This document shows positions 39,634-50,075 of a stretch of DNA of 64,000 nucleotides, piece by piece. The translations under genes were made by a program, and so were the position numbers. Source of the stretch: a virus (lineage: Duplodnaviria > Caudoviricetes); the IMG/VR virus record IMGVR_UViG_3300011008_000002; one strand, given 5' to 3'. Within the stretch, counting starts at the first letter, position 1. Each line of letters begins with the position of its first letter. The notes beneath the pieces were generated by a model that saw nothing but the letters and a program-made list of their open reading frames with translations, was not told the DNA's origin and did no database searches.

Positions 39634-40053
39634 TTAGTTGTATACGAAGATTTTCCTGTTTTTTGTTGTTTTATCGCTGATTAGTCTGTTTTGAATTAGA
39701 CCAAAATGATATCCTGTAGCGATATCAGATACATTACCGTATGCATCAAACGATGAAAAGCGATATATAATGATTGTCCCTATATCACTTGAAAGAATAC
39801 CTGGTAGTTTGTCTCTGATGCCGAACATATCAAGCTTACTTACGAACTCTAGCATATCTTCCTCGTATATGACATCAATGTCACTTACGATATATCCATT
39901 CCAACTATTTTCAAGATGGATTCTTCCGGCAATGATACCATCCGTAACTCCATTCTGAAAGGTTTTGATGTCGGATATGAATAATTTCTTTAATTCAGGA
40001 AATGTTGTTGATACGTCTTCGATGAAATCTCTAACTTCCCTAGTTACTTTCAT
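39634..40053 (-). CDS. Hypothetical protein
   Basis: 139-aa ORF coupled to the upstream gene. Confidence 0.7.
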   Translation of the reverse strand: MKVTREVRDFIEDVSTTFPELKKLFISDIKTFQNGVTDGIIAGRIHLENSWNGYIVSDIDVIYEEDMLEFVSKLDMFGIRDKLPGILSSDIGTIIIYRFSSFDAYGNVSDIATGYHFGLIQNRLISDKTTKNRKIFVYN

Positions 40054-40445
40054 TCATTATCACCTCCGCGTAGTTGTCTTCTTGTTACAATAGTTCCATC
40101 TGCATTTAACGCAGGGACTATTGATGTTGAACCATTATTGTTTCTGATACGGATATATACAACTCCTGTATCTTCGTATATGATATAGCTCCCATTTATA
40201 CTTCCGTCATAAGTGGTTCCATAATCAGTAACAAATGTCAAATTAGGTCTATACGAGTCCCAATTTGTTACAGAAGTTGTAGTTAGTTCATCACTTAGTT
40301 TAGTCTGGTCTTCTAGTGATGCTTTTGCGCAGATAACAATAACCCCAATTATTGATACTGCAAATATTAGTATTGTAAATAGAACATCTTTTCCTCTATT
40401 GTTAAGTTTATTGAATTTTCTTTCTAAGTTCTTTATGAATTTCAT
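40050..40445 (-). CDS. Hypothetical membrane protein
   Basis: Single N-terminal hydrophobic segment VLFTILIFAVSIIGVIVIC. Confidence 0.7.
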   Translation of the reverse strand: MKFIKNLERKFNKLNNRGKDVLFTILIFAVSIIGVIVICAKASLEDQTKLSDELTTTSVTNWDSYRPNLTFVTDYGTTYDGSINGSYIIYEDTGVVYIRIRNNNGSTSIVPALNADGTIVTRRQLRGGDNE

Positions 40446-40526
40446 CGTTTCTCCTTTTGGTATAAAAGAAGATTAGGGAAAGTTGTTTCTCCCTAATCTT
40501 CCTTTCCCAATCATGCTGGTTTTATC

Positions 40527-40808
40527 TTATATTGTAGATGAGACATTGTGAACTGTCATGTTCTCAAATTTCTTGTAAGCATCAATGTACAACTCGTCTG
40601 TATCGCCATTCAAGGTGAATTCATAGTACATACCATCAGGTAAGGTTGTACTTGCAAGTGCTTTCCAGTTCTGGAGAGTTTTGCACTGCCAAACGATGTA
40701 CACTTCGTCCTCTGTTATAAATATTTTATCAGAAGGATCCAAATGCTTGTTTACATAGCTCACAAGTTCTCTTTTAACGATTTTAACAAATTTTACATCA
40801 GTCATCAT
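40527..40808 (-). CDS. Conserved small phage protein (DUF6275-like)
   Basis: VYIVWQCKTLQNWKALAST..DGMYYEFTLNGD..ELYIDAYKKFEN resembles a widespread Firmicutes phage family. Confidence 0.65.
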   Translation of the reverse strand: MMTDVKFVKIVKRELVSYVNKHLDPSDKIFITEDEVYIVWQCKTLQNWKALASTTLPDGMYYEFTLNGDTDELYIDAYKKFENMTVHNVSSTI

Positions 40809-40876
40809 TATTTCTCCTTATTTTAGATTATTGAGATACTCATTAAAAAGTATCAAGTTGTTTTGGTCTACTTAGT

Positions 40877-41659
40877 TTATTCTCCTTCAAAGGGGATATT
40901 CAAATCATCCAGATTGGTAATTTGATCAACAGGAGCATTCATTGCGTTTGTGTCAAACAATGATGGCTGACCATACCTTGCTCCGCCTCTCTGTGATGAA
41001 TATGCACTGGACATTTCTGCCCCTACTTTGTTACCAATAGAGCGGATGTCTGTCGCAATCATGTCCTTAAACGACTTATCAACAACACGGTTAGCGTGGT
41101 TCCAAGCCTTTGAAGAACCTGCAACGAAGTTCTTGGTATCTTCATAGAACAGCAAGAATTCATTGTCCGTTATATCTCTGCCGCCGAATTTTCCGGTCTC
41201 AGGGTCGTAGTCTTTGATAACTTCACCATTACGGAATTCATATTCGATGACTTCCTTACTGGTGAGATTGGACGTATCAATGTTCTTAATAAGCCTCACA
41301 TAGGCAACCATGACACCTTTCTCACCAGTTCTCACACCAACACCGAACTGGTTAATTTCCGCCACAGGAACTGATATGAACTTATCCACCTTTTCTTTCA
41401 GTGCAGGAATAAGTTCATTTTCAATTCCTTTGAACAAGTCGACACACTTTACCCTGCTGATACAGGTAATCCAGCTATGTGCATAGTCGTATCTCCGCTT
41501 TTCTGTCCTCTCATTCTCTGGAAGTTCCGGAGTGATAACGATTTTTAACATATCACCCTGATAATCCCACTCCAAAGCCGTGGGTTTCTTCTGGGTCGAA
41601 TTGAAGGTTTGATAACCTCTCGTGCGAACATCTTTCTGTTCACTATTGTTTTCAGCCAT
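40877..41659 (-). CDS. Putative single-stranded DNA-binding protein
   Basis: Directly downstream of the DNA polymerase gene. SSB-like acidic tail (LDDLNIPFEGE) after a flexible linker. Confidence 0.45.
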   Translation of the reverse strand: MAENNSEQKDVRTRGYQTFNSTQKKPTALEWDYQGDMLKIVITPELPENERTEKRRYDYAHSWITCISRVKCVDLFKGIENELIPALKEKVDKFISVPVAEINQFGVGVRTGEKGVMVAYVRLIKNIDTSNLTSKEVIEYEFRNGEVIKDYDPETGKFGGRDITDNEFLLFYEDTKNFVAGSSKAWNHANRVVDKSFKDMIATDIRSIGNKVGAEMSSAYSSQRGGARYGQPSLFDTNAMNAPVDQITNLDDLNIPFEGE

Positions 41660-41724
41660 TTTTAAATCCTCCTTCATGTTGGTTTAAGTATTCAATATAT
41701 ACTTGTATCTTTGTTAATCCCATC

Positions 41725-43689
41725 CTATACATTCAGAATGTTTGACGCATATTCATTATCACCTGCTGTAATAGTAATAAACGATAGTGCTTTCAGTACA
41801 GGATAGAATGTTCCAGAATTTCTAGTGATGATTCTTTCCGTATCAATTACCTCATAAACCCATTCAGGTATTAAAGAATCATCATTTGGAAGGGCTAGAT
41901 ATTTAACACCCTTTGTCTCAAGTTCTTTGATACCACCGTGAAATATATTTCTCCTGATAATATCTGCTTCCCTGGGGAATTTCGGTGCAAGTTTCTTCAT
42001 CAATACTTCTTCATTTGGAATATTGATAAATACAACGTCACACTTGTCTGGTATCATAATAACATTATCTGGATTTAATATATTCCACAACAACGGTCCA
42101 GTAACTGCCCCTTGTGAATAAGGTTCTGCATAAGACCGTTCCACTTTACAGTTCATCCTAACAAGATAGGTTCTTTCTCTATTAGCAATAGACTCTCTAA
42201 TCTTCTTCTCAAGGTTAGCGACATCCCTCATAAGACCAACGACGTTTACTTTTGGGTCATTGATAATGTCTTTCCTAATAATACCCATTAATTCTTCTTC
42301 TATATGGGCATTTACTCCTGCTTTCTTGAAGTCATGACCCTTCAACTCTATCTTGTTGACCTGCTTTCCTTCCCTAAGTCTAATATTCGCAATATATCGC
42401 TTTTTAGCATTTGCTAATAGAACCTTAGAGAAATAGAACTCGTTCTTTGTATTAAGTCTTTTATGAAACCTTGGTAATACGTTACAATCATCTGCGTATC
42501 TATCAAGAAGCTCTCTTGCCATTCTTGTAACAAGATAAGCCAGTGTATTCACACTACAGAACCGTTTGTCCTCATCGTTCATAACTGTAGTAGAATGAGA
42601 CCAGATTGCTTCCTGAGTATAATTCACCCAAGGCTCAATATTGATAACGTTAGAGTCTGTATCTATTAAGATAACTCGTTCTCTTGGGTCATGTTTCAAT
42701 CTATCTATCTGCTCTGTATAAGCATGATTATAGAAGACGAATTCTCTACAGTATTCCCAAACGAATTGTAAATCGCTATCAATATTTTCCGGTACAGAGT
42801 TAGGGCTACGGAAAGACTCGGTCTTATCAAAAATACCGATTAGTCTTGATTTAATTAAGTCGTTTTCGATAAACTCAAATAGGTTATTATTGTAATATAA
42901 CCTAGTAAGTTCTTCTACTGAACAATTTCTGAGAATGTTTCTCATCACCGGTTCATAGTCATTTTTCCATTCCCAGAAATGACTTTTCCATAACTTGAAT
43001 ACATCTTCAGTGTCTCTAATAAGTCTAAGACCATCGACTGGTAATTTATGAGGGTCTTTTCTTATAATGTTTCCTGCCATAGTAACCAATTCCCCAAGTG
43101 ACTTGAATTTCACTGCATTATTGAGGAAGGCTTCAAATGCCATAGCTGTAGTTGATATTAGTGATTGAGCAGTACCTGTTGTACTTGCTGCTGTGTAGAT
43201 GTTATACAACTGGAAGGTTCTAGCACCAAATGCTCCATATATAGCATTAATCTTAACCTTAGCTTCCATTTGCATCATCTCAAAATATTGATACTCGTAT
43301 GAATCAGTCTCACCGTTTGGACCAAGATAAGTATCTCTTATCTTTTGATATTCTTTACGGGCTACAATACGTCCATCAATAACATTTTGTATTGGTGATG
43401 AACGAATGTCTTGATTATAAAAGAAAGTTCCATTACCTGCCGCAATAGGTTTATTTTTATAAAACCAATCATATAGTTTAAGTAAATCTGCTTGTACCTT
43501 CATATCATCCTGGTAGTCATTATGAAGATACGCTTGCGGATTTACAATATACTTCTGGGCAACATCCATTAGCACTTTACGTAAAACATTGTCACTTGCA
43601 TTCGGATATTGCATTTTGAAATAAACCATGTTATCATTCACCCAGTCTTGAACAAACTTTGACTGGAGAAGTACATTTTGATCAATCAT
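41725..43689 (-). CDS. Family B DNA polymerase, C-terminal (motif B/C) subunit of a split enzyme
   Basis: Motif B KVKINAIYGAFG, motif C IDTDS, KKRY, ELKG. Lacks the exonuclease domain and motif A. Confidence 0.88.
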   Translation of the reverse strand: MIDQNVLLQSKFVQDWVNDNMVYFKMQYPNASDNVLRKVLMDVAQKYIVNPQAYLHNDYQDDMKVQADLLKLYDWFYKNKPIAAGNGTFFYNQDIRSSPIQNVIDGRIVARKEYQKIRDTYLGPNGETDSYEYQYFEMMQMEAKVKINAIYGAFGARTFQLYNIYTAASTTGTAQSLISTTAMAFEAFLNNAVKFKSLGELVTMAGNIIRKDPHKLPVDGLRLIRDTEDVFKLWKSHFWEWKNDYEPVMRNILRNCSVEELTRLYYNNNLFEFIENDLIKSRLIGIFDKTESFRSPNSVPENIDSDLQFVWEYCREFVFYNHAYTEQIDRLKHDPRERVILIDTDSNVINIEPWVNYTQEAIWSHSTTVMNDEDKRFCSVNTLAYLVTRMARELLDRYADDCNVLPRFHKRLNTKNEFYFSKVLLANAKKRYIANIRLREGKQVNKIELKGHDFKKAGVNAHIEEELMGIIRKDIINDPKVNVVGLMRDVANLEKKIRESIANRERTYLVRMNCKVERSYAEPYSQGAVTGPLLWNILNPDNVIMIPDKCDVVFINIPNEEVLMKKLAPKFPREADIIRRNIFHGGIKELETKGVKYLALPNDDSLIPEWVYEVIDTERIITRNSGTFYPVLKALSFITITAGDNEYASNILNV

Positions 43690-43772
43690 CTCATATACCT
43701 CCTTGTTAATAAAATGTAAATTGAGGTGTGATTTGCTATGATTGTAATATATTTATTATAATGGGTAAAAAT

Positions 43773-43800
43773 AGAGAGTTGGAACATGTTCCAACTCTCT
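43773..43800. terminator. Perfect 28-bp palindrome / terminator
   Basis: AGAGAGTTGGAACA|TGTTCCAACTCTCT. Confidence 0.7.
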
Positions 43801-44062
43801 TGACCATCTTTTAGATTACATCAGCTAGCATCTGAGTAAGAAATTCTTGAAAGTTTTCTGATTCGAACTCAGTTCATTTCATTGACAACCCCTTTGATGG
43901 TATTCATAATTTACCTCCTTGGTAAAGTATATTGTCATAGATACGTGATTTTAATATAGTAATGATTATGGGTTCTCAATTATTTACTGGTGGGTTATCT
44001 ACGTATTCAACACTATTAGGATAAATTATTCGATAGTCTCGTCATTATGGTTTCTACGGCTC

Positions 44063-44074
44063 AACAAATCAATA
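44063..44074 (+). promoter_or_regulatory. Putative late promoter AACA-N6-TA
   Basis: AACAaatcaaTA about 12 nt before RBS AAGGAGG. Confidence 0.55.
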
Positions 44075-44099
44075 ATGACTAAAATAAGGAGGTATCAGC

Positions 44100-44669
44100 A
44101 TGGCGAAGTATAGAACCTTGAGTTCAGACCCTCAAACAACAACGCCCACTATGGAGAATATATCTATACCTGTTGCTGAGTATGGTGCTTATCATTTTCC
44201 GGCTGCATTAGCCAACCTAATCCAAGGAACTATTCCTGTAAGGAGTGGTGGCACTGGTATTGATAGCCTCACTGGTGGAAAGTTGATGGCTTCAAATGAG
44301 GACGGACTCATGATGGAAGAAATTGATGTCCCTGTTCAAAGTCTCGCTCACCTCAGGGGTAATATACAGGATCAGCTCGATAAGGCTCGTACTTATATCG
44401 TGGCTGTACCTACTACTGGTTGGGTAGAGAACCCTGATGGAGACGGATATAAGCAGGTGATTGAGGTTGTTGGTATGTTATCTGAAGACAACCCTGTCGT
44501 CGCTCTTGTCACATCTTCTGCAACCACGACGGATACTCTGAATGATCTCAGAGCAGCGTATGATTGCATTGACAAGATTTATACAGGGGTTGATAACATC
44601 ACGGTTTATTGTTTCGATGAAACGCCGACTACAGCCTTCTCGATTAGTCTTCACTGTATCGGTGCTTAG
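44100..44669 (+). CDS. Putative tail fibre/baseplate-associated protein
   Basis: GTIPVRSGGTG fibre-type motif and a VPTTGW..YKQVIEVVGM..DNPVV domain resembling clostridial phage tail proteins. Confidence 0.5.
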   Translation: MAKYRTLSSDPQTTTPTMENISIPVAEYGAYHFPAALANLIQGTIPVRSGGTGIDSLTGGKLMASNEDGLMMEEIDVPVQSLAHLRGNIQDQLDKARTYIVAVPTTGWVENPDGDGYKQVIEVVGMLSEDNPVVALVTSSATTTDTLNDLRAAYDCIDKIYTGVDNITVYCFDETPTTAFSISLHCIGA

Positions 44670-44715
44670 AAAATAAGCACAAACCAAACAAAATAAAGAA
44701 AGGAGAACTAAGAAC

Positions 44716-45285
44716 ATGTCTAATCTTAGTGCATTGATGACACAGAACGGTTCTGTCGAACTCGGCGAAAACACATTCGAGAGTATGACCGATACCGATA
44801 TGGCAAACATTTTGGCTGTAGCTATGGAAGAAGCTATTGTTGAGAGTGTTACCGAGGAAATGCTTGCACCTGAGAATAATGGTGCGCTAATGGAGGGAAC
44901 TTTGCCGGAAGATAAGTCCGTTCTGGAAGTTTCTATTGTCCGTTTGGATAAGAAGGCAAAGAAGCAGAAGGCGTACAAGCTTGCGATTTTGCAGTGTGCA
45001 AAGGATGCTGAAAATAAGGACTACAAGAAGCTTGAAACTCTCTGGCGTATGGAGAAGTTCTTGTTCAGGAAGCTTGAGAAGAAGTATGCCGCTCGTGCAA
45101 GGAGCCGTATGAATCAGACTGCGAACAAGGCATCTGGTAATCATCCGGTTGTGAAGAAGGCTAAGGGTGGTCTTACCAGGTCTCAAAAGGAAACTCAGAA
45201 GGCACTGGCTGGACAGACTAAGCCCCCTACGCAGATTAAGAACCAGTTCAAGACGATTACTGCCAAGTTGAAGAGCAAGGTTTGA
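44716..45285 (+). CDS. Probable internal head protein (acidic N-terminal propeptide, basic C-terminal domain)
   Basis: Acidic N-half with repeated hydrophobic-x-E motifs and a Lys/Arg-rich C-half. Confidence 0.5.
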   Translation: MSNLSALMTQNGSVELGENTFESMTDTDMANILAVAMEEAIVESVTEEMLAPENNGALMEGTLPEDKSVLEVSIVRLDKKAKKQKAYKLAILQCAKDAENKDYKKLETLWRMEKFLFRKLEKKYAARARSRMNQTANKASGNHPVVKKAKGGLTRSQKETQKALAGQTKPPTQIKNQFKTITAKLKSKV

Positions 45286-45432
45286 TGATCCAATCTTAAT
45301 ACAATGGTACACTGAATTCAAAAGAATGAATGGAGATTATAATATCTACCATTCATTCTTTTATTCATATATTAAGAAATGGTGAAGTAGGTCACAATCA
45401 TATATAATACATGAAAAAGGAGGATACGAAGT

Positions 45433-47745
45433 ATGGTTTTAGCAGACGGACTGGACATCCAGGACGATTTCGACATTACTAAGATTGATACTGGCTTAAC
45501 TCCGAAGGCGAAAGAAATCATGAAGATGCTTGACGAAAAAGTATTTGTCATTGATGATGTCGTTGAGGAGGGCAAACGAATTGGGGATGAAAAAGGCGAC
45601 CCCGACTATTTTCAGGAGTATTATCAAGATTTCTATAAGAAATTACTTCTGATGGAACTACATGGATTTGAGCATAAGGAGTTCAGGGAGCATCCGGTAT
45701 ACTTCAAGTTTCATAATGATAAAAATGAAGTATTGAAGCACATGGAGTTTCGATATTTCGTGTTTAATCTTGTTTTCTGGTATCCGATTATAACAGTGGA
45801 TTCATCCTTATTAAATGATGAACATATTGTCACTCGTTCTATGGGTAAGAGGATGAATTCTAAATTCATTGCGGCTTATATGAATAAGTATTATGCAAAG
45901 CCGTATGCCAAGACTATCGGATACAGAACAAGGTCGGAGACATTTGCGGATGTGAACTTCTTACTCAATATGATTCCGCTTAAGTTCAATTCATTCATAG
46001 GCTTGTCTATCAGCATCGAGGAAATTCGTGACATGTCGAGAAGAATGCCCGGTTTCAAAGAGGGGCTTTACGTGAAACTCGATGAAACAAAACAGCCTAT
46101 GGAACAGGAAATACAAAAACATGAATTTGACAAACTTCAACATGAAAGGATTGCGAATGATGAAGAATTCACAACCCTTAAAACGTTAGTTCAGTCAAAT
46201 TCTGTAAAGATGGCTCAGCTTGCAGAGCTTGATTCAAACATTGGTCCTAAACCTGATGAACAGGGGAATACGATTCCAATTCCGATTAACAATAATTACG
46301 TTACGGGTAATTTGTCTTCTATCCCCAAGTATTATATAAACTGTATATCAGGAAGAAAAGCTGCCATTACTAACCACGAATATATGGGTCCTGGTGGTTA
46401 TGTCTTGATACTTGTTGCATTGTTAAGTTCTCAGGTGAAATTAAGTAAGACAGTTACTGATTGTAAGACAGCTAATCCGATACCAATTCTAGTTCGGTCG
46501 GATGAACATCTGAAACATTTGAATGGAAGACGGTATCGAATGAATCAAAGGCAACTTTATAAAATAATCGACTATGAGACCGATAAGGATTTAATCGGTC
46601 AATATATTTGGGTACGTTCACCCATTACTTGTGCAGCACACGACGGTGTTTGTATGGAATGTTATGGTGAATTGTACCACACAAACAAAGACTTATATTC
46701 AGCCGGATGCTATGCGGCTTTTACTCAGCTTAATCCTGTCGTTCAGGGGTTGTTATCTGCAAAACATTTCCAGGGTACATCTTCAAAACTGATTGATTTT
46801 GGAAATGGTTATGAGAAGTACTTTGTTATTGCTTCAACAGATGTCATATTAAATCCTGATTTGGGAGATGTTGAGTTATATTCCCTCATTATACTGACAG
46901 AGGATATCAGCTCGTCTGATTATATGAATGATGACGATGATATCGAGAAGGACAATAAGTTTAACGATGGTGGGAATAAGAGAAGAACAAAAAAGAAAAA
47001 GAAATCTGAGTCGGATAATGTCGAAGAATTTGATGGTGAACTTGGAGACATTACTGATGATGAGGCTGAGATTAGACTGAACTTTTATGTTCCGAAATTT
47101 TATGTGGCAAAGAACCTTCACAGCAAGAAAAAGGAACTGATCGAAGTCACTCAGTTTATGGATCCAAATATTTCAGAACTTTATATGCATGATGATTTAA
47201 TTATGCGTATGAATGAAGGAGCGGTTGATTTGTTTGGTGGTAAAGAATATCTCTATCTTGACCTTGACGATATTTCTTATGATGAGTTTATCTTTATGGT
47301 CGATGTTAAGAATAATGAATTAACCGTACCTATGAAGAAAATTCAAGCACTAATTCACAATCAGAATCACGCAGGAGCTACGACTTATGAAGAAATGGCT
47401 CAGATGATGATTGATCTTACAATTGAATCAAAGATTGATGCGACGGCTGTTCATGGTGAGATGATTATCAGACAGCTTATTAGGAAACCGCTCAATCAGA
47501 GAGAAAGACCTGAGTTTTCCAGGATTATTATGCCTGAAGACTATACGATACTATCTGTTCTCACAGCATTGAAGCAGAACGAATCATTCTCTATGTCTAT
47601 GAGTGCATCTTATCTGAAGTATCAGTTACTTCAACTTACAGATACTTTTAATAAGTACAAGCCTTCAGATTTTGATTGGTTCTATAAGCGCAACATTGTT
47701 ATAGATGAGAACAAAGAGTTCTACGGTGAACCAACTGATGACTAA
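45433..47745 (+). CDS. Phage RNA polymerase beta' C-terminal subunit (probably non-virion RNAP, phiKZ gp74/AR9 gp154-like)
   Basis: Bridge helix SGRKA..GPGGY, Zn site RSPITC..GVCMECYG, trigger loop QGLLSAKH, VHGEMIIRQL. No NADFDGD seen. An SF2 helicase follows, as recalled for phiKZ gp74-75. Confidence 0.88.
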   Translation: MVLADGLDIQDDFDITKIDTGLTPKAKEIMKMLDEKVFVIDDVVEEGKRIGDEKGDPDYFQEYYQDFYKKLLLMELHGFEHKEFREHPVYFKFHNDKNEVLKHMEFRYFVFNLVFWYPIITVDSSLLNDEHIVTRSMGKRMNSKFIAAYMNKYYAKPYAKTIGYRTRSETFADVNFLLNMIPLKFNSFIGLSISIEEIRDMSRRMPGFKEGLYVKLDETKQPMEQEIQKHEFDKLQHERIANDEEFTTLKTLVQSNSVKMAQLAELDSNIGPKPDEQGNTIPIPINNNYVTGNLSSIPKYYINCISGRKAAITNHEYMGPGGYVLILVALLSSQVKLSKTVTDCKTANPIPILVRSDEHLKHLNGRRYRMNQRQLYKIIDYETDKDLIGQYIWVRSPITCAAHDGVCMECYGELYHTNKDLYSAGCYAAFTQLNPVVQGLLSAKHFQGTSSKLIDFGNGYEKYFVIASTDVILNPDLGDVELYSLIILTEDISSSDYMNDDDDIEKDNKFNDGGNKRRTKKKKKSESDNVEEFDGELGDITDDEAEIRLNFYVPKFYVAKNLHSKKKELIEVTQFMDPNISELYMHDDLIMRMNEGAVDLFGGKEYLYLDLDDISYDEFIFMVDVKNNELTVPMKKIQALIHNQNHAGATTYEEMAQMMIDLTIESKIDATAVHGEMIIRQLIRKPLNQRERPEFSRIIMPEDYTILSVLTALKQNESFSMSMSASYLKYQLLQLTDTFNKYKPSDFDWFYKRNIVIDENKEFYGEPTDD

Positions 47746-47760
47746 GGAGGATAAGAAAAA

Positions 47761-48153
47761 ATGGCTAACAAAGTAGATAAGCCTGTAAAGGCATTGAGTA
47801 TTAATACTGACAGGCATGGTGATGTTGTTCTTCGGATTAACGAGGGCGAGTTCGTGTTAGATGATAACGAGCAGTCGAGGCTTCTATTATGCCTCAATCG
47901 GGCTTTAGACCCCGGTGCCGGGTTGTTCCCGTTTATGGGATATTCGACCTTTATTGTATACGAAAACGGAGTTCTTGCAGCTTCTCTAAACGTATCAAAG
48001 TTGGATAAAGAAGGTAACAACTATCTGTTCGTGGTTACTTACAATCTGCCTGGTCAAACAGGGTATGACACGGATTTGTTCTTTGTGAACAACAAGACCA
48101 TTGAAGCGTTCGTTAAGAACCTCGGCAATGATATCGTCAACCGGGGGATTTGA
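47761..48153 (+). CDS. Hypothetical protein
   Basis: 130-aa ORF with RBS AAGGAGG, followed by a terminator. Confidence 0.75.
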   Translation: MANKVDKPVKALSINTDRHGDVVLRINEGEFVLDDNEQSRLLLCLNRALDPGAGLFPFMGYSTFIVYENGVLAASLNVSKLDKEGNNYLFVVTYNLPGQTGYDTDLFFVNNKTIEAFVKNLGNDIVNRGI

Positions 48154-48279
48154 TAACAACCCAAGAGATGAGAGAAGAATGGAGTAGTTCCATTCTTCTC
48201 TTTTTATGTCAATGTATTTCTTTTTATACGTACTTTTACAGGGTTATAAGAAACTTGTAAAGAGAGGAGTAATAATATC

Positions 48280-49752
48280 ATGCGGATGAATAGGATTTAT
48301 GCGTTTAATACGCATTACGCTATTTATGATTATCGTATGGGCGAAAATAAAGACCTTGAACGCCAAATGACATATCATGATTATGTAGCTTTTAAAGACT
48401 ATCCTAAATACGCATATGATAAAGATGAACAAGTTCTTTATATTCCCCGAGGTTTCGATTCGCACTACTTAGAAGAATGGAATAAAAAACCTATAACTAT
48501 CGTAGATAATAACACGAATGTCGTTGAAGTGGGATTTGGGATGACACAGACCCCTATCAATATAAATGAAGAAAAAGCAATAAGGTTTTTAGTTGGTGAG
48601 GGGGAATTTAAAGACTTACGATACAAGTCGCAGAAAGTGCTGATTATGCCACCCGGTATGGGTAAGACATATTCAGCAGTTGCTGCAATTCAAAAACTTC
48701 ATATGCGTTCACTAATTATTATGAGAACTCAAAATCTCAAAGACCAATGGTTGGCGAGAATTAAAGAATATACTACAATGGGTGGTCCAAATATAGTTCA
48801 GATAGAATCATCTTACCAGTTATTAGGTTATATGAAGAAGCCACCATCAAAAAACAAGAAGGTTTTTATAGTAACAAGAAGTTTACTAATGTCTTATATA
48901 AACCGATACGGAGCAAAATCTTTATCTGATGTAATTGAAAGAATGGGAATTGGTGTGAAAGTATTCGATGAAGCTCATCAAGAATATGCCAGAACTCTTA
49001 TCATTGACTATGCAACTAATGTAAGATATACCTTTTATCTTACTGCAACATTTAAACTATCAAATACTGGTGATGATAGAGTATTTCAGAGAGCTTTTTA
49101 CGGAGTTCCTAAGTTACAACTAAAGAGAGATGATAGCGAACGGCATATTATTTATCTTGCCGTATTATTTAACTCTCATCCAAATGCGGTTGATATTGCA
49201 AGAATTACAGGTGGAAAAAGAAAATTCAATCGGTTTGCTTATATAGAATACGAATTGAACAAGGGATTATTACAGGAACATTTCAAGTCTCTTATAAATT
49301 TCTTTTTAGTTGATAAAAAGTTACACGGTAAGACGTTAGTATTATCATCAAAGAAGAGCACTTGCGATTATTTTGGTGAACTTGCTGATAAAGAGACGGA
49401 TGGAAAATTCAAGACTTGTGCATTTTACACAGGTAATAAGGTAGAGAATTACAAGGGTTTTGATATTATATCAGCAACTTCTCAAATGCTTGGTACTGGA
49501 GAAGATATCCCAGGATTAAGGTTTATGCATAATACGGAACCATTTGCGTCCTTACCAAATACAGACCAGTTCTCAGGGAGACTTAGACCATATGACCACG
49601 GTACAAAACCGACATACTACATTGAGTATATTGATGTAGGGTTTGATAAACTATATCAGTGGTATTTGAAAAGAAAGAAACTTCTTGAGACAAAAGCGAA
49701 GGAATGTAAGGAACTCAATTATATAATAAAAGACTACAACGAATACTATTGA
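48280..49752 (+). CDS. SF2 DEAH-box helicase (UvsW/phiKZ gp75-like)
   Basis: PPGMGKT, FDEAH, LTAT, GTGEDIPGL, QFSGRLR. Confidence 0.9.
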   Translation: MRMNRIYAFNTHYAIYDYRMGENKDLERQMTYHDYVAFKDYPKYAYDKDEQVLYIPRGFDSHYLEEWNKKPITIVDNNTNVVEVGFGMTQTPININEEKAIRFLVGEGEFKDLRYKSQKVLIMPPGMGKTYSAVAAIQKLHMRSLIIMRTQNLKDQWLARIKEYTTMGGPNIVQIESSYQLLGYMKKPPSKNKKVFIVTRSLLMSYINRYGAKSLSDVIERMGIGVKVFDEAHQEYARTLIIDYATNVRYTFYLTATFKLSNTGDDRVFQRAFYGVPKLQLKRDDSERHIIYLAVLFNSHPNAVDIARITGGKRKFNRFAYIEYELNKGLLQEHFKSLINFFLVDKKLHGKTLVLSSKKSTCDYFGELADKETDGKFKTCAFYTGNKVENYKGFDIISATSQMLGTGEDIPGLRFMHNTEPFASLPNTDQFSGRLRPYDHGTKPTYYIEYIDVGFDKLYQWYLKRKKLLETKAKECKELNYIIKDYNEYY

Positions 49753-49769
49753 AAGGAGTGAAATGATGT

Positions 49770-50075
49770 ATGGTAGATTCCATAAAGAATAGCTCTTTTA
49801 CGACAGAAGACGCGACTATGAAAGAACTTATCCTTAATACTGCTTGTAGAGTAGAAGCTATTGAACGATTACTTGAGTCAACAACTCATTTAGGAGAACA
49901 TACTCCTCATATACCTCTTATATTGAAATCAGAGGTAGAGGGTTTAGCAAACTCTATCAAAAAGGAAAGTCCATATGCAAGTGCTTACAAGTCAGTTAAA
50001 CGTGAAGGTTCAGCATCTCACTCTGATAATACCTATCTCAGAGCATTTAGTCGTAATCTTATTGACCCATCGTGA
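49770..50075 (+). CDS. Hypothetical protein
   Basis: 101-aa ORF with RBS AAGGAGTG. Confidence 0.65.
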   Translation: MVDSIKNSSFTTEDATMKELILNTACRVEAIERLLESTTHLGEHTPHIPLILKSEVEGLANSIKKESPYASAYKSVKREGSASHSDNTYLRAFSRNLIDPS

